Shown in pieces: positions 49,997-60,178 of a DNA stretch of 64,000 bases. The stretch is taken from IMG/VR virus record IMGVR_UViG_3300028591_000098, positions 1-64,000 of that record, one strand, 5' to 3'. Source of the stretch: a virus. Its lineage: Duplodnaviria; Caudoviricetes. How positions within the stretch are numbered: the stretch's first letter is position 1; the number at the start of each line of letters is the position of its first letter. Both the position numbers and the translations under genes were made by a program. The notes beneath the pieces were generated by a model. That model ran no database searches. It was given only the letters and a program-made list of their open reading frames with translations, and had not been told where the DNA came from.

Positions 49997-50440
49997 TTAC
50001 TTTATATATTTTCGTTTGTCATTAAGATCATTTATTTCTCCCTTAATGTTTTGATATATTGCAAGTAAATCTAATTTTTTAAAATAAATCATATCATATA
50101 TTTTATTATATGCTTCTAATTTCGCATCAATAATATCTTTTTGACTATAAGATACAGATTTTTTATTTTTAAATTTTTGTTTAGCCGAATTATTTTTTTC
50201 TTCATCTAATGCCTTTTTAAGATCATTAATGACTATAAGTTGTTTTTCAATAATTAATTGTTGATCCCTTTCTCTATTAGATAAATTATCTTTTACTATT
50301 GGTTTATTTACTGATGATTTATCGCAATCATTTATAGCTGTTCTATAAGCAAATTCAATAATTTCACTGGTTTGCTTAAAACAAAGCTTATTATCGCTTT
50401 GTAATTCTCTGATTCTTTCTTCTATAAATTCTTTATCCAT
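49997..50440 (-). CDS. Hypothetical coiled-coil protein
   Basis: Tightly spaced ORF. Confidence 0.55.
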   Translation of the reverse strand: MDKEFIEERIRELQSDNKLCFKQTSEIIEFAYRTAINDCDKSSVNKPIVKDNLSNRERDQQLIIEKQLIVINDLKKALDEEKNNSAKQKFKNKKSVSYSQKDIIDAKLEAYNKIYDMIYFKKLDLLAIYQNIKGEINDLNDKRKYIK

Positions 50441-50441
50441 A

Positions 50442-50729
50442 TTATTGTATTTTAAAACATTTATTAATTTTTATTGGTGCTGTTGTAGATAATAATTCCT
50501 CTGTATTATTTTGCTCTAACAAAAAGTTAGTACCCTGAAATGAACAAGTATAAATTGAATCATCTGTATAAATTGTATCTATCTCAATTGCATATGTTGA
50601 ATAGTATATAACATATTCTGTATAATATTTACCAATCATTGTTGTATCATATTCTTTAGATTCTTGACATGATATAAACATAATTATAAATAGAAATATA
50701 AAAAAAATATGTTTAATATTTAATCCCAT
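50442..50729 (-). CDS. Putative lipoprotein
   Basis: Hydrophobic signal ending FISC, then QESKE (Bacteroidota-type lipobox). Confidence 0.5.
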   Translation of the reverse strand: MGLNIKHIFFIFLFIIMFISCQESKEYDTTMIGKYYTEYVIYYSTYAIEIDTIYTDDSIYTCSFQGTNFLLEQNNTEELLSTTAPIKINKCFKIQ

Positions 50730-51300
50730 ATATATTTTGATTTAACTTTTCTTTTAATTTTTTTAATCCTTTATTTATTCCTTCCTGATCATAATAACCA
50801 CAACCTATAACATCACATATAATATGGTGCAATTCATCAACAGAACTTTCAGAAATTACTTCGCGTATATCTTTATCTTCCTTTAAATCACTCATAATTT
50901 CTTCATAAACTTCATCACGATATTCTTCTCGAACATCTTCATCATGTGAGTCTAATTCAAATGATCCATCTAATTTATCTAATAAATAACCTTTATCAAC
51001 ATTATCTAATACTTCATCAATATCTAATTCATCAACTATTTCATCTAATGAATACTCTTCTTGAATTATTCCAAGTATATCTCTAATACCTCTTGAACTA
51101 ATTATTGCTTTTATTTCATCATCATCATATTCTTTATTTGGGTCTTTGTAAATATCTGATGCATGAATAATATCTGAACTTGTGATATAACCATGCTCTA
51201 AACCAAATTCCAATATTTCTTCAAAATCGCGGGATAATTCCCATACTTTATTTAATGCATCATCCCAATCCTTTTGTGTCCAACGTGTACTTATTTTCAT
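50713..51300 (-). CDS. Highly acidic hypothetical protein
   Basis: 195 aa, D/E-rich. Confidence 0.6.
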   Translation of the reverse strand: MKISTRWTQKDWDDALNKVWELSRDFEEILEFGLEHGYITSSDIIHASDIYKDPNKEYDDDEIKAIISSRGIRDILGIIQEEYSLDEIVDELDIDEVLDNVDKGYLLDKLDGSFELDSHDEDVREEYRDEVYEEIMSDLKEDKDIREVISESSVDELHHIICDVIGCGYYDQEGINKGLKKLKEKLNQNIYGIKY

Positions 51301-51884
51301 ACTATAATTTCTCCTTTAGATTTACGAATATTAATTGTAACATTAGGGCCATGATTAGTATATCCTATAATATTATACCAATTTCCTGTTGGTTGGCCAT
51401 TTTCATCAAACTCTTGTGCATATACATAAGAATCTTTAAGTTCTTTAATCCATGCCTCATTATGATCTTTTGACCATTTAGTTAGTTTTTCAGTAAACCA
51501 TCTCCACATTTCAATAAAATATGCCGATGTCGCTATTCCTTCTTTATTCATAAATTTTATATTTTTATATTAATACCTTCCGGTGATTTTATATTATAAT
51601 TCTGTCAATATCGCTGCAAAGCCTAATATTCCTAAAATTAATGGAAATAATAAACATAATATAAATATAATAACTTTTTCAAAAAAATTTAAGGTTAAAA
51701 TATTAGTTGTTAAAAAATAAAAACCGATGGCACAAAAAACATACCATAATCCAATAAATATATATAATATTATAATGTTTTCCATTTATTTTTCTTTTTT
51801 CTTTTTGATTTTTTATATGCTTCTAAATCTGCCTCATACATAAGTTGTTGTAAATATTCGGCAGTTTTAGGTCCAACAATAAAA

Positions 51885-52271
51885 CTACTCATCATAATCA
51901 TAATATCTAAATCCTTGAAATCCCTTACAAGGTATTGGGTCTATCTTATGAAATGGTCCTGTTCGCTGTAAAAACTTCCCATCCCATTTTTTATCAGTTG
52001 TAGTACATTTAAATGGTTTATCAGAAGTACCTACGAATTTTTGCCAACCAATAATATTACCTTGATATACTAAATAAACTCTTTTTATATTATTAGTATT
52101 TTTTGGTAAAAATGGCACCTTAAAATTCATTACCTGAGATTCATCCTCAACAGTTTTTAATTCCTTTTCATAATCTTCCCATTTAATAGAACTTGGTAAA
52201 GTTATTAAAAGTGCATTTTTCCTTTTTAGTACAGGTTTAACATTTATTATACTTTCCAATAATGTTTTCAT
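51885..52271 (-). CDS. Possible ASCH/PUA-like protein
   Basis: RVYLVY..GNIIG...PIPCKGFQGFRY; starts MKTLLE. Confidence 0.45.
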   Translation of the reverse strand: MKTLLESIINVKPVLKRKNALLITLPSSIKWEDYEKELKTVEDESQVMNFKVPFLPKNTNNIKRVYLVYQGNIIGWQKFVGTSDKPFKCTTTDKKWDGKFLQRTGPFHKIDPIPCKGFQGFRYYDYDE

Positions 52272-52932
52272 AATTTCTAAATATATCTAAAATATTTAAT
52301 AATCTATTATATATTTTTATTTTTTCTGGTATTATATTTTCAATATACTTTACATAATTCCATGTTGTACTATCTGCCGGATCTGCTGCGTCTTTATATG
52401 AATACCAAACTTTATATAATTTATCATCTTTGATTTTTTCTTCTATACCTTCGGGATAAATCCAATAAGTAGGATCACTATATCTTGGTTCTTCGGTATG
52501 CAAATATTTTCCTAAAGATATTTTTACTCTCCAGTTTAAATCATCTGGTTTATTCATTAATGATGATTGTTTAATATTTACAAGCTTAATGGAATATTTT
52601 TCAACCTTATCAAGTAATTCATTCAATTCATTATGTAATTCATCAACAGTAAAATCTCTTTCTTCACCAAGCACACCATCTGTTACATCAATTGAATTTT
52701 CATCTTCATCATATATTTCAGCTTTAATTGGATCTATAACATGAGTATGGTCTCCCCAATGTCGCATTGAATCATCCATGGCATCTGTACATTCATCAAT
52801 ATAACTTTGTATACGTTCTTTAAGTGTATCGCCTTCTCCCATACTTGTATGAGAATTACAAATTACATCAAAAGTAATTCGTACAGGAAAATCATCTTTA
52901 CATTGTATTTTATTTAATATTTCTTTATTCAT
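52237..52932 (-). CDS. Hypothetical protein
   Basis: 231-aa ORF. Confidence 0.6.
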   Translation of the reverse strand: MNKEILNKIQCKDDFPVRITFDVICNSHTSMGEGDTLKERIQSYIDECTDAMDDSMRHWGDHTHVIDPIKAEIYDEDENSIDVTDGVLGEERDFTVDELHNELNELLDKVEKYSIKLVNIKQSSLMNKPDDLNWRVKISLGKYLHTEEPRYSDPTYWIYPEGIEEKIKDDKLYKVWYSYKDAADPADSTTWNYVKYIENIIPEKIKIYNRLLNILDIFRNYENIIGKYNKC

Positions 52933-52950
52933 AATATATATTGTTTAATT

Positions 52951-53604
52951 TTATGATGGTTCATATTCTCCATCGTTTTTAATAGCTTCCTCTCTTATAA
53001 GCTCAAAAGTGGCTTTACTCATTGGTCTATAAATTTCATAATCACCACCACAAGATGTATCAATATAGAAATTACCATCTTTTCCGAGCATAAACATATT
53101 TTCACTATTAATGTTCATATCAGTTTGCTTAGTTAAACACCAACGTTTATATTTATCATCTGAATGTTTTCCATAAGCTGTTTCTTGAAGCCAAATATAA
53201 TCTTGTTGATGCCAAGTATCATTATTATATTTTATATATTTCTCATACAAGAAATTATCTACATGATGATCACTTTCATAATAAGTACTATCATAGTCAT
53301 CCCTGATTCCGACAACTTTCATAGCAACTGTTTGCTTTTTATTTATAAAACATTCACCAATCAATTTTTTATAGTCTTCTTCAGTTGCTTCAAAATATTT
53401 ATCTTGTCTTTGATAACAATAATCATCAATACATTCAAATTTACCAAGTTTAGATTTAAGAGTATATCCAACACCTATTGGTAAATGCTCTAAAATATAT
53501 TGTAAATTTGATAATTCAGTTACAGGAATATCATCTAAATCTTTATCTTGCCACTCATATAATTGATCTAGCAATGTTTCATCTCTATCTTTGAAATAAG
53601 CCAT
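52951..53604 (-). CDS. Hypothetical protein
   Basis: 217-aa ORF. Confidence 0.6.
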   Translation of the reverse strand: MAYFKDRDETLLDQLYEWQDKDLDDIPVTELSNLQYILEHLPIGVGYTLKSKLGKFECIDDYCYQRQDKYFEATEEDYKKLIGECFINKKQTVAMKVVGIRDDYDSTYYESDHHVDNFLYEKYIKYNNDTWHQQDYIWLQETAYGKHSDDKYKRWCLTKQTDMNINSENMFMLGKDGNFYIDTSCGGDYEIYRPMSKATFELIREEAIKNDGEYEPS

Positions 53605-53687
53605 TTTTAAAAAATTATTTATTTATTTATGATAATCTTCAATATATTTAATATCTTTATAATTATCAATTGTTATCTTCATATACT

Positions 53688-53993
53688 TTAAGAATTTGAT
53701 TCATCTTCAAAAAATATATCATCAACTTGAATTATTCCATTACATAATTGTAATGTTTCTTCATCTTTCCAAGCTTTAATTTTAAATACAATCATTTGTT
53801 TGTTTCTGGTTCTAATCAAATCTTCTGGTTGAATATTTAATGATGAATCTTTTTGATTAACCCAATTAATTATATCTTTCATAATTTCACCCATTCTTGA
53901 AATCGCTTTATCTTTAGAATGATAATAAAATGGACCCCAAGTAAGCATTTCTTCATTAGGATAAATTATATTTCCTTCAACTTTATAATACAT
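53688..53993 (-). CDS. Hypothetical protein
   Basis: 101-aa ORF. Confidence 0.55.
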   Translation of the reverse strand: MYYKVEGNIIYPNEEMLTWGPFYYHSKDKAISRMGEIMKDIINWVNQKDSSLNIQPEDLIRTRNKQMIVFKIKAWKDEETLQLCNGIIQVDDIFFEDESNS

Positions 53994-53998
53994 AATAT

Positions 53999-54445
53999 CT
54001 AATTAAAAATGTTCCAAATATTAGAAAACCTAAGTTTTCTATGTTTATTTTTATTTTTCGTATCATCTTTTTTAGGAAGAACTTCATGATATCTTTTAGG
54101 TAGATTTTCAATAGAATATAATGAAATGTAATATTCACCTGGTTCTACTTTATCACGAATTTCATAATATCTTTGAGAAAAACCATTTGATGGTACTCCA
54201 CAAATAGTTCCTTGAATTGTTTTATTACATTCAACCAAAGCTGGAATAGCCATTGGATATTCAGCCATTTGCCAAACTGCCTTTGTCATATCTTCTGGAA
54301 CCAATTTGACACGATATTCAAATTTCTCAAAATTCCAAATAGGATTAATGTCATCTTGCCATTTTTTTGATTCTATAGGTTTGGATTCTATTCTATAACC
54401 TTCTTTATAAGCAGTTATTACATGTAAAATTTCTTTTTCTGTCAT
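53999..54445 (-). CDS. Hypothetical protein
   Basis: AYKEGYRIE...PIWNFEKFEYRVK. Confidence 0.6.
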   Translation of the reverse strand: MTEKEILHVITAYKEGYRIESKPIESKKWQDDINPIWNFEKFEYRVKLVPEDMTKAVWQMAEYPMAIPALVECNKTIQGTICGVPSNGFSQRYYEIRDKVEPGEYYISLYSIENLPKRYHEVLPKKDDTKNKNKHRKLRFSNIWNIFN

Positions 54446-54476
54446 ATTATTTCTTAAATTTTTTGCATTATATTAT

Positions 54477-54908
54477 TTATTGATGAATATTTTTATATTT
54501 GAATGTTATATCATAAGCTGTATTACAATTCATATAAAGAAATACATATAAAATATCTTTCCAATCCTCTTCTTCATAATGTTTAACGCAAAACTTTAAA
54601 TCCTTATCAAGACATGCATATGCCATTCCCTTTGTCATATAATCTTTATAAAAATCTTCTATTATATGTATTGGAAATATTCCACCATTTTTAATTGTGG
54701 TTTTAAGTTCTGTGATTTGTCTACTAATAATTTCAAGAATATTTTCAGGACTAATATCACTTACACCAAAATCTTTATTTTTACTACTATAAGGACTTAA
54801 CATAACACTTAATAACACATTTGCCTGACCAAGTCCACCACCAGCATAAAGATTATTTTTTATATCTTCAATACGGTTTTTCCAATCTTTATTTTTTAAA
54901 TCTTCCAT
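54477..54908 (-). CDS. Hypothetical protein
   Basis: 143-aa ORF. Confidence 0.55.
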   Translation of the reverse strand: MEDLKNKDWKNRIEDIKNNLYAGGGLGQANVLLSVMLSPYSSKNKDFGVSDISPENILEIISRQITELKTTIKNGGIFPIHIIEDFYKDYMTKGMAYACLDKDLKFCVKHYEEEDWKDILYVFLYMNCNTAYDITFKYKNIHQ

Positions 54909-54941
54909 AATTAAATTATATTAACTGAATGAAACTAATTA

Positions 54942-55109
54942 TTATTTCTTTTTAGCCCAATCACATCTTAAAAATTGATTACATTTATTTTGTCCAGATT
55001 CTATTTTCTTTCCTTCATGCCAATAACAAGTAGGATTTTCAATCTTATGATATATTTCTCTACCCCAGAAGCAAACATCACAAGTACCAGGCTCTTTATA
55101 CTTCTTCAT
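54942..55109 (-). CDS. Small Cys-rich protein (not in ORF track)
   Basis: MKKYKEPGTCDVCFWG...CYWH...KCNQFLRC, 55 aa, fills the gap after the RNA ligase. Confidence 0.5.
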   Translation of the reverse strand: MKKYKEPGTCDVCFWGREIYHKIENPTCYWHEGKKIESGQNKCNQFLRCDWAKKK

Positions 55110-55779
55110 AATATTTAATTTTCATCAATTCTGCTTTCTTCCAATTTTTTGTCCAATGTTCGTCAGTGGTAACATGATTAGGTCGTACCCACTTACAAAC
55201 ATAATTTGGAAAATATTTATCTTCAAAAGCTTTAGTTACTCTTATAACTACACCTTCTCGTTGTGGACCAAATAAAGATGGTTCACTAGTAAATTTTTCA
55301 ACAAGATTTTTAAGTTGTTCTTCTGACTCTATCTTTCCACTCCAAAGTTCTGGTACAGTTGGTACATTAAGAATCTCGGCAAATTCTTTTATATAATCCC
55401 AACTCATCCACCAATTAATATCTGATTCATATCCGGCAAACATAAACCAATATGCAGGCAACTTATCATAATGAATAGAATGTTCACCATACAAGTTTTC
55501 CCCAAATATAATCTCTTCTTCACCTATAAATTTTTTTATTCTCCAATATAAACCATCAGAAGGATCCCATAAATTACGAGACCATGGAGAACGTGTAGGT
55601 GCCCCATGTGAACGTGCATAAACATCTTGTGAAGTAAATGCACTATTTTCACCATCTAACTTTTCTGTTATGACAATTTCTTCGCCTTTAAAATAGTTAA
55701 ACCAATTACCCTGAAGCTTCTTATCATCTTTGGTAGCTCCAGGTGAATATGGTAAATGATATGTTCTTGGGTATTTCAT
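55096..55779 (-). CDS. ATP-dependent RNA ligase-family protein
   Basis: KYPRTYHLPYSPG, motif I TEKLDGEN, FGENLY, REGVVIR, KWVR. Confidence 0.85.
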   Translation of the reverse strand: MKYPRTYHLPYSPGATKDDKKLQGNWFNYFKGEEIVITEKLDGENSAFTSQDVYARSHGAPTRSPWSRNLWDPSDGLYWRIKKFIGEEEIIFGENLYGEHSIHYDKLPAYWFMFAGYESDINWWMSWDYIKEFAEILNVPTVPELWSGKIESEEQLKNLVEKFTSEPSLFGPQREGVVIRVTKAFEDKYFPNYVCKWVRPNHVTTDEHWTKNWKKAELMKIKYYEEV

Positions 55780-56270
55780 TTCTTAACCTTCTTTAATTTA
55801 ATTGTACTTGCATTTTGTATTTGTTGTTTCATCTCACCATCTTTATTAGGTGCATAACAAGAAGATTTACCTGTTATAACCTTCATACCTTTAAGATCCG
55901 GAAACATTTTATAAAATCTTTTCCATGCAGATTTTCTCTTAAGTTTAGGAACTCGTAATGCGGAACAATTGGCCCACCCTTCACCTTTACCAACAAAACT
56001 TAAATCATTATCCTTTTGCGGCCGAGGTTTTTTATAACTGTATGAATGACGCTGAACATAATAATCAATATTCTTTAATTTATCTTGTGCATATGCTAAT
56101 TTATCTTTAACTCTTTTCTCATCATTACAATTTTCAAGGCAACCTACTTTAAAATAACTGCGATGACCATTAAGCCAATTTTGACAATGCTTTACTTCAC
56201 ATTCCCAATTATCTTTAAACCACTTTCGATAAGCCTCATTATATTCTTCTATGGAATTAAACTTCTTCAT
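55776..56270 (-). CDS. Basic hypothetical protein
   Basis: Probable start MKKFNS; RVPKLKRKSAWKRF. Confidence 0.55.
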   Translation of the reverse strand: MKKFNSIEEYNEAYRKWFKDNWECEVKHCQNWLNGHRSYFKVGCLENCNDEKRVKDKLAYAQDKLKNIDYYVQRHSYSYKKPRPQKDNDLSFVGKGEGWANCSALRVPKLKRKSAWKRFYKMFPDLKGMKVITGKSSCYAPNKDGEMKQQIQNASTIKLKKVKK

Positions 56271-56432
56271 TATCTTTTTTGATGGTTTTATAATTAATCC
56301 AACATATAATATAACACACAACACAAATCATACTATCTTGAAAATTTATATATGTTGGATCATTTATTGTACAACTAACAGAAATAATAGATAATATACA
56401 AACTATAATAAATATTAATTTACATGCCCAAA

Positions 56433-56909
56433 TCATCTTTTCTTATTCTTTCTATAATTAATCAACCATTTACGATAATCTTTGTTATTAAAGATACCTA
56501 CATGCTCACGGTTTGAAAGTTCATTTTTAAGATCTTGAATTTTTCCTTCCCAATACATTCCTTCAAATCTAAAACTTATTTCATCACCAAATTGCCATTC
56601 ATTATATCCATAATAATATCCATCCTCATCCCAATGAGCATCTTGTTTACTTTTAATAGTTGTAAACTTTTTATGGCATTCTTCTCCAGTTGATTTTGTA
56701 TATCCTAAGCATACAGGATCATAGATTACTCCATCTTTTTCAAATGGTCCATAAAAAGGAATCCAATATTCTGTCCTTTTAGTATTCCGATTATAAACTT
56801 CTTTATACTTCCAGTGATCAGTATAACAAAGTCTATTCTTACGATAGAAATGTAAAATTACTTCTGTTGGAAATTTACTTAATGGTGTTATAATTATATT
56901 TCGTTCCAT
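56433..56909 (-). CDS. Hypothetical protein
   Basis: 158-aa ORF after promoter motif at 56949-56976. Confidence 0.55.
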   Translation of the reverse strand: MERNIIITPLSKFPTEVILHFYRKNRLCYTDHWKYKEVYNRNTKRTEYWIPFYGPFEKDGVIYDPVCLGYTKSTGEECHKKFTTIKSKQDAHWDEDGYYYGYNEWQFGDEISFRFEGMYWEGKIQDLKNELSNREHVGIFNNKDYRKWLINYRKNKKR

Positions 56910-56978
56910 ATTAATAAAAAATATCTATACTATAAACTTCATATTTATAATATAGACATTTTTATATGTTATTTAAAA

Positions 56979-57356
56979 TTATATTAAATTAAATTCATAA
57001 TGCACCCAATATTCTGTATCTTCTGGTTCACTTGAATTACATTTAGATTGAAAATCTAAATCCGATTTTATCAAAAAATATTTTTCCCTCCACCCCAATA
57101 ATTCTTTTTGATTTTTAATTTTATCTCGAACTATATAGAATGTAATATGATGTTCAAGCTTTTCAACAATTACATAAGGAGGTATTGGAAAACCATATTT
57201 AAGAAAAATGGTTCTAATTGAAGCATCAACTTGTACATAAAACCAATTTTCTTTATTAAATGGAATCTCTATTAATTCAAATTTGGATTTATCTTCATTA
57301 TATTCTTTCAAAAAATATTTGGTTTGTTTACCTAAATTTGTTTTCATGACATCCAA
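56979..57356 (-). CDS. Hypothetical protein
   Basis: 125-aa ORF. Confidence 0.5.
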   Translation of the reverse strand: MDVMKTNLGKQTKYFLKEYNEDKSKFELIEIPFNKENWFYVQVDASIRTIFLKYGFPIPPYVIVEKLEHHITFYIVRDKIKNQKELLGWREKYFLIKSDLDFQSKCNSSEPEDTEYWVHYEFNLI

Positions 57357-57684
57357 TTTTTTAAAAATACATTTTGTTCTCTTAAAAGTTCTTGCATATT
57401 ACATTCAATACCATTTGATTCATAATACTCAATTTGTTTACCGAATCTTTTATATAAAGCTTCCATTTGATTTTTATTCATAATTTATATATCTTATCAT
57501 TTATAGTTTTCATCATGATAAAAATCATAATATATTGCGCATTCTTTTAATCCTAAATTTGTATGAGTTTTTATATATTTAAGTGCTGCAGGTTTTAATA
57601 ATGATTTCATTTCATTAAATTGCTCTTCTGTCAATAAATCTTTTTTATACCCATCACGAATTAATTCTTCTATATCTTCCATAT

Positions 57685-58065
57685 TTATTCTCCCCACTTA
57701 TTTATTATTCCAGCTTCCATAGCTAATGTATAAAAATCATAATTTGGATATTTTTTATCTTCATATTTTTCAATTAGTTTATCAGGTATTCTTATGTCAT
57801 GAAGATTTATACCCATATAATCTATACATTGTATTGGTGTTATTCTTCCTTGTTCAGCATCTAAATGATGTTTAGAACAAAGAGCAGCCCCATTTGAAAG
57901 ATAATAACCTCCATCATTCCAAAGCTTACGATCCATTATATGATGTGCATCTACAGCATCACAATCACATCCAGGAACACAACATTTCCCATTTGTCTTA
58001 GCAAATACTTGTTTCTTGAATTCTTCTCTAGTTAATAAAATATCTTTATTATTGGTTTTCATCAT
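57685..58065 (-). CDS. HNH endonuclease-family protein
   Basis: CCVPGC, DAHHI, NGAALCSKHH. Confidence 0.8.
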   Translation of the reverse strand: MMKTNNKDILLTREEFKKQVFAKTNGKCCVPGCDCDAVDAHHIMDRKLWNDGGYYLSNGAALCSKHHLDAEQGRITPIQCIDYMGINLHDIRIPDKLIEKYEDKKYPNYDFYTLAMEAGIINKWGE

Positions 58066-58643
58066 ACTTAATTATTTTATATCCAGAATAATATATTAAA
58101 CCCGCAAAAATTAAACCAATAACCAAATAGATTTCATCTACCATAATCCACTTTCCTTTTTAACCTTTTCAATCATATCCAAAAATGCTACAGTTTCAAT
58201 AAATCCACCAATTGTCCCACCACGATTTAGTGTATCATACATTTCACCAAATTCTTTACCAGCATCTTCTCCAAATTCCTTTGTGCATGCATCAATACAA
58301 GCTTGACGCAAATCAAAATGCTTACGTTTCCACCATTTAATTATTATATTCATTGTTACTAAATTATATTCTTAAATCTTCTAATCATTTTATTTTTTGA
58401 ACGATCATAATGTACATCTACCCAATAACCTCTCCCAGTAACAGAATTAATATAAGACTTCTGAATAAAATACAAAGGATAATTATGACAACTTAATTTA
58501 GTTTCAATAAGTCTTCGACCTTCTTCTTCTAAAATTACTGTAACTGGTCCATCCCCATCTCCTAACATCCAATCTTTACGACCAGTAATATTTTCATTCA
58601 TAAATTTTTCTTTTAATTATATATAGAAATTATTTTAGAATAT

Positions 58644-59075
58644 TTAATTTTCACACAAGTCTAAACTTATCAATTTAACATTTTTTATAGTATATATTGG
58701 GTTGCCATTTTCATCTATTTTTTGATTACCTTCTTCATCTAAAACTGGTTCTCTATCACCTAACATACGTGGATTCAATTTAAATTCGTAACCTTTATCC
58801 ATAAGTTCTTTAACTACTTTACCTTTAGGAGTATCTAATAATTCAATTTTACCATATACTTGATTATTTTCAATCCAAATATTTTCCACCTTCCCAGCCG
58901 CATTAATTAAATTATTACTTAAAAAATTTTCATAATCTGGATGAAGTTCACATATTTTATTACCTTCTTTATTAAATTTTTCTATAGCTTTTTTCATCAT
59001 ATTAGAATCATAAATTCTTCCATTATGATTAGGATGATTAAGCTCTCCCATAATACATCTTAAATCTAATTCCAT
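58644..59075 (-). CDS. T4 gp21-like prohead protease homologue, catalytic Ser motif absent
   Basis: NHNGRIY, ICELHP, VYGKIELLDTPKG, then NPRMLG where the family has SSRGxG, KLISLD. Confidence 0.75.
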   Translation of the reverse strand: MELDLRCIMGELNHPNHNGRIYDSNMMKKAIEKFNKEGNKICELHPDYENFLSNNLINAAGKVENIWIENNQVYGKIELLDTPKGKVVKELMDKGYEFKLNPRMLGDREPVLDEEGNQKIDENGNPIYTIKNVKLISLDLCEN

Positions 59076-59105
59076 AATTATTTTAAATCTTTTAATAACA
59101 TTTAT

Positions 59106-59435
59106 CTAATTACATATTAAGTTATATAAATAATCTTGTATAGGTCCTTGGAAAATATCAAAATTATTATCCTTTAAGAACTTTTCAAACTTATCTTTAA
59201 AAATTCTTGGATCCTCATGAGTATTTTTGTATTCTATTACCTTTGGATCATTTTCATCTAAACAATTATAATCCTCTATACAAGCATATTTGCCAATATG
59301 AAGCATATTAAAGTTAACTGTTTCACCTAAATGATTTTCATATGATCTTGGTTCTACTTTTGTTACAATAGCTTCACCTACACTATTATCAACATAATAC
59401 TCAAAAAATATTCTATCACCTGCTTTGTAATTCAT
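59106..59435 (-). CDS. Hypothetical protein
   Basis: 109-aa ORF. Confidence 0.55.
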   Translation of the reverse strand: MNYKAGDRIFFEYYVDNSVGEAIVTKVEPRSYENHLGETVNFNMLHIGKYACIEDYNCLDENDPKVIEYKNTHEDPRIFKDKFEKFLKDNNFDIFQGPIQDYLYNLICN

Positions 59436-60178
59436 ATTTACTCAATTTTTTTATTTCTTTTTGACCAATTTTGGTTATTTTTCTAATTGTATTTGGGTTA
59501 TAAAAATAAAAAAAGTTATTCTTAAGTGAATGTATCATCGCATCATTCCACATACACTCATAAGAATTCAAATATATTTTGTTAGCTAATTTTAAAGCTT
59601 CATGTTGTTCTATATTCATAATTTATCCCGGTAATCTTACATCTTTATTATATTCCCAATCATAGTCATCATCTGGAAATATTTCTTTGGTATATGCACC
59701 AAATGCACAACCACTATTTTCATTACAAGGAAATCCTATAATTTCTGTACCTGCATTACATTTAACTTCATTATCATCAATAGATAAATTATAATGACAT
59801 TCTTTACATTTGATAAATCTATTCATATATTATATAACCTTTCATAATTTAATATTTTCATGATTTCATATTGTTATTTCTTCACATATCGGAAAACATG
59901 ATTTAATATCTTCTATTGTGAAATCTTTTATATTCATATAAAAGAAATGTTCATAATCATTTTCAACCATCAATGGATAAATTACATTATTAACATATTG
60001 TTCTTGTTTGCTATTCATTAATTGATAATTTATAATATAAATATATCCTCTATAAAAGTTATTTTTATATTTATGCCTCTTTTGTAAAACTACAAATTTA
60101 AGATTTATACTATCAAATAGATTGGTTAATTTATTTATAAGTTTTGTGTTTGATAACTTCATAATTATAACATATTTT

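Noticed and set aside
1102-57483. Antisense or overlapping track ORFs (1102-1431, 2269-2559, 3496-3714, 13436-13642, 17882-18109, 21068-21286, 22824-23030, 27288-27488, 34492-34731, 35934-36158, 37270-37527, 38841-39086, 39811-40095, 40154-40432, 42517-42870, 45243-45440, 48540-48806, 48878-49195, 51255-51473, 53164-53484, 57283-57483)
   Set aside because: Overlap better-supported genes and show no motifs
58644-59435. In-frame TAG read-through joining 59106..59435 to the gp21-like ORF
   Set aside because: Single case with a 10-codon AT-rich spacer that looks like a normal translation-initiation region; expected by chance
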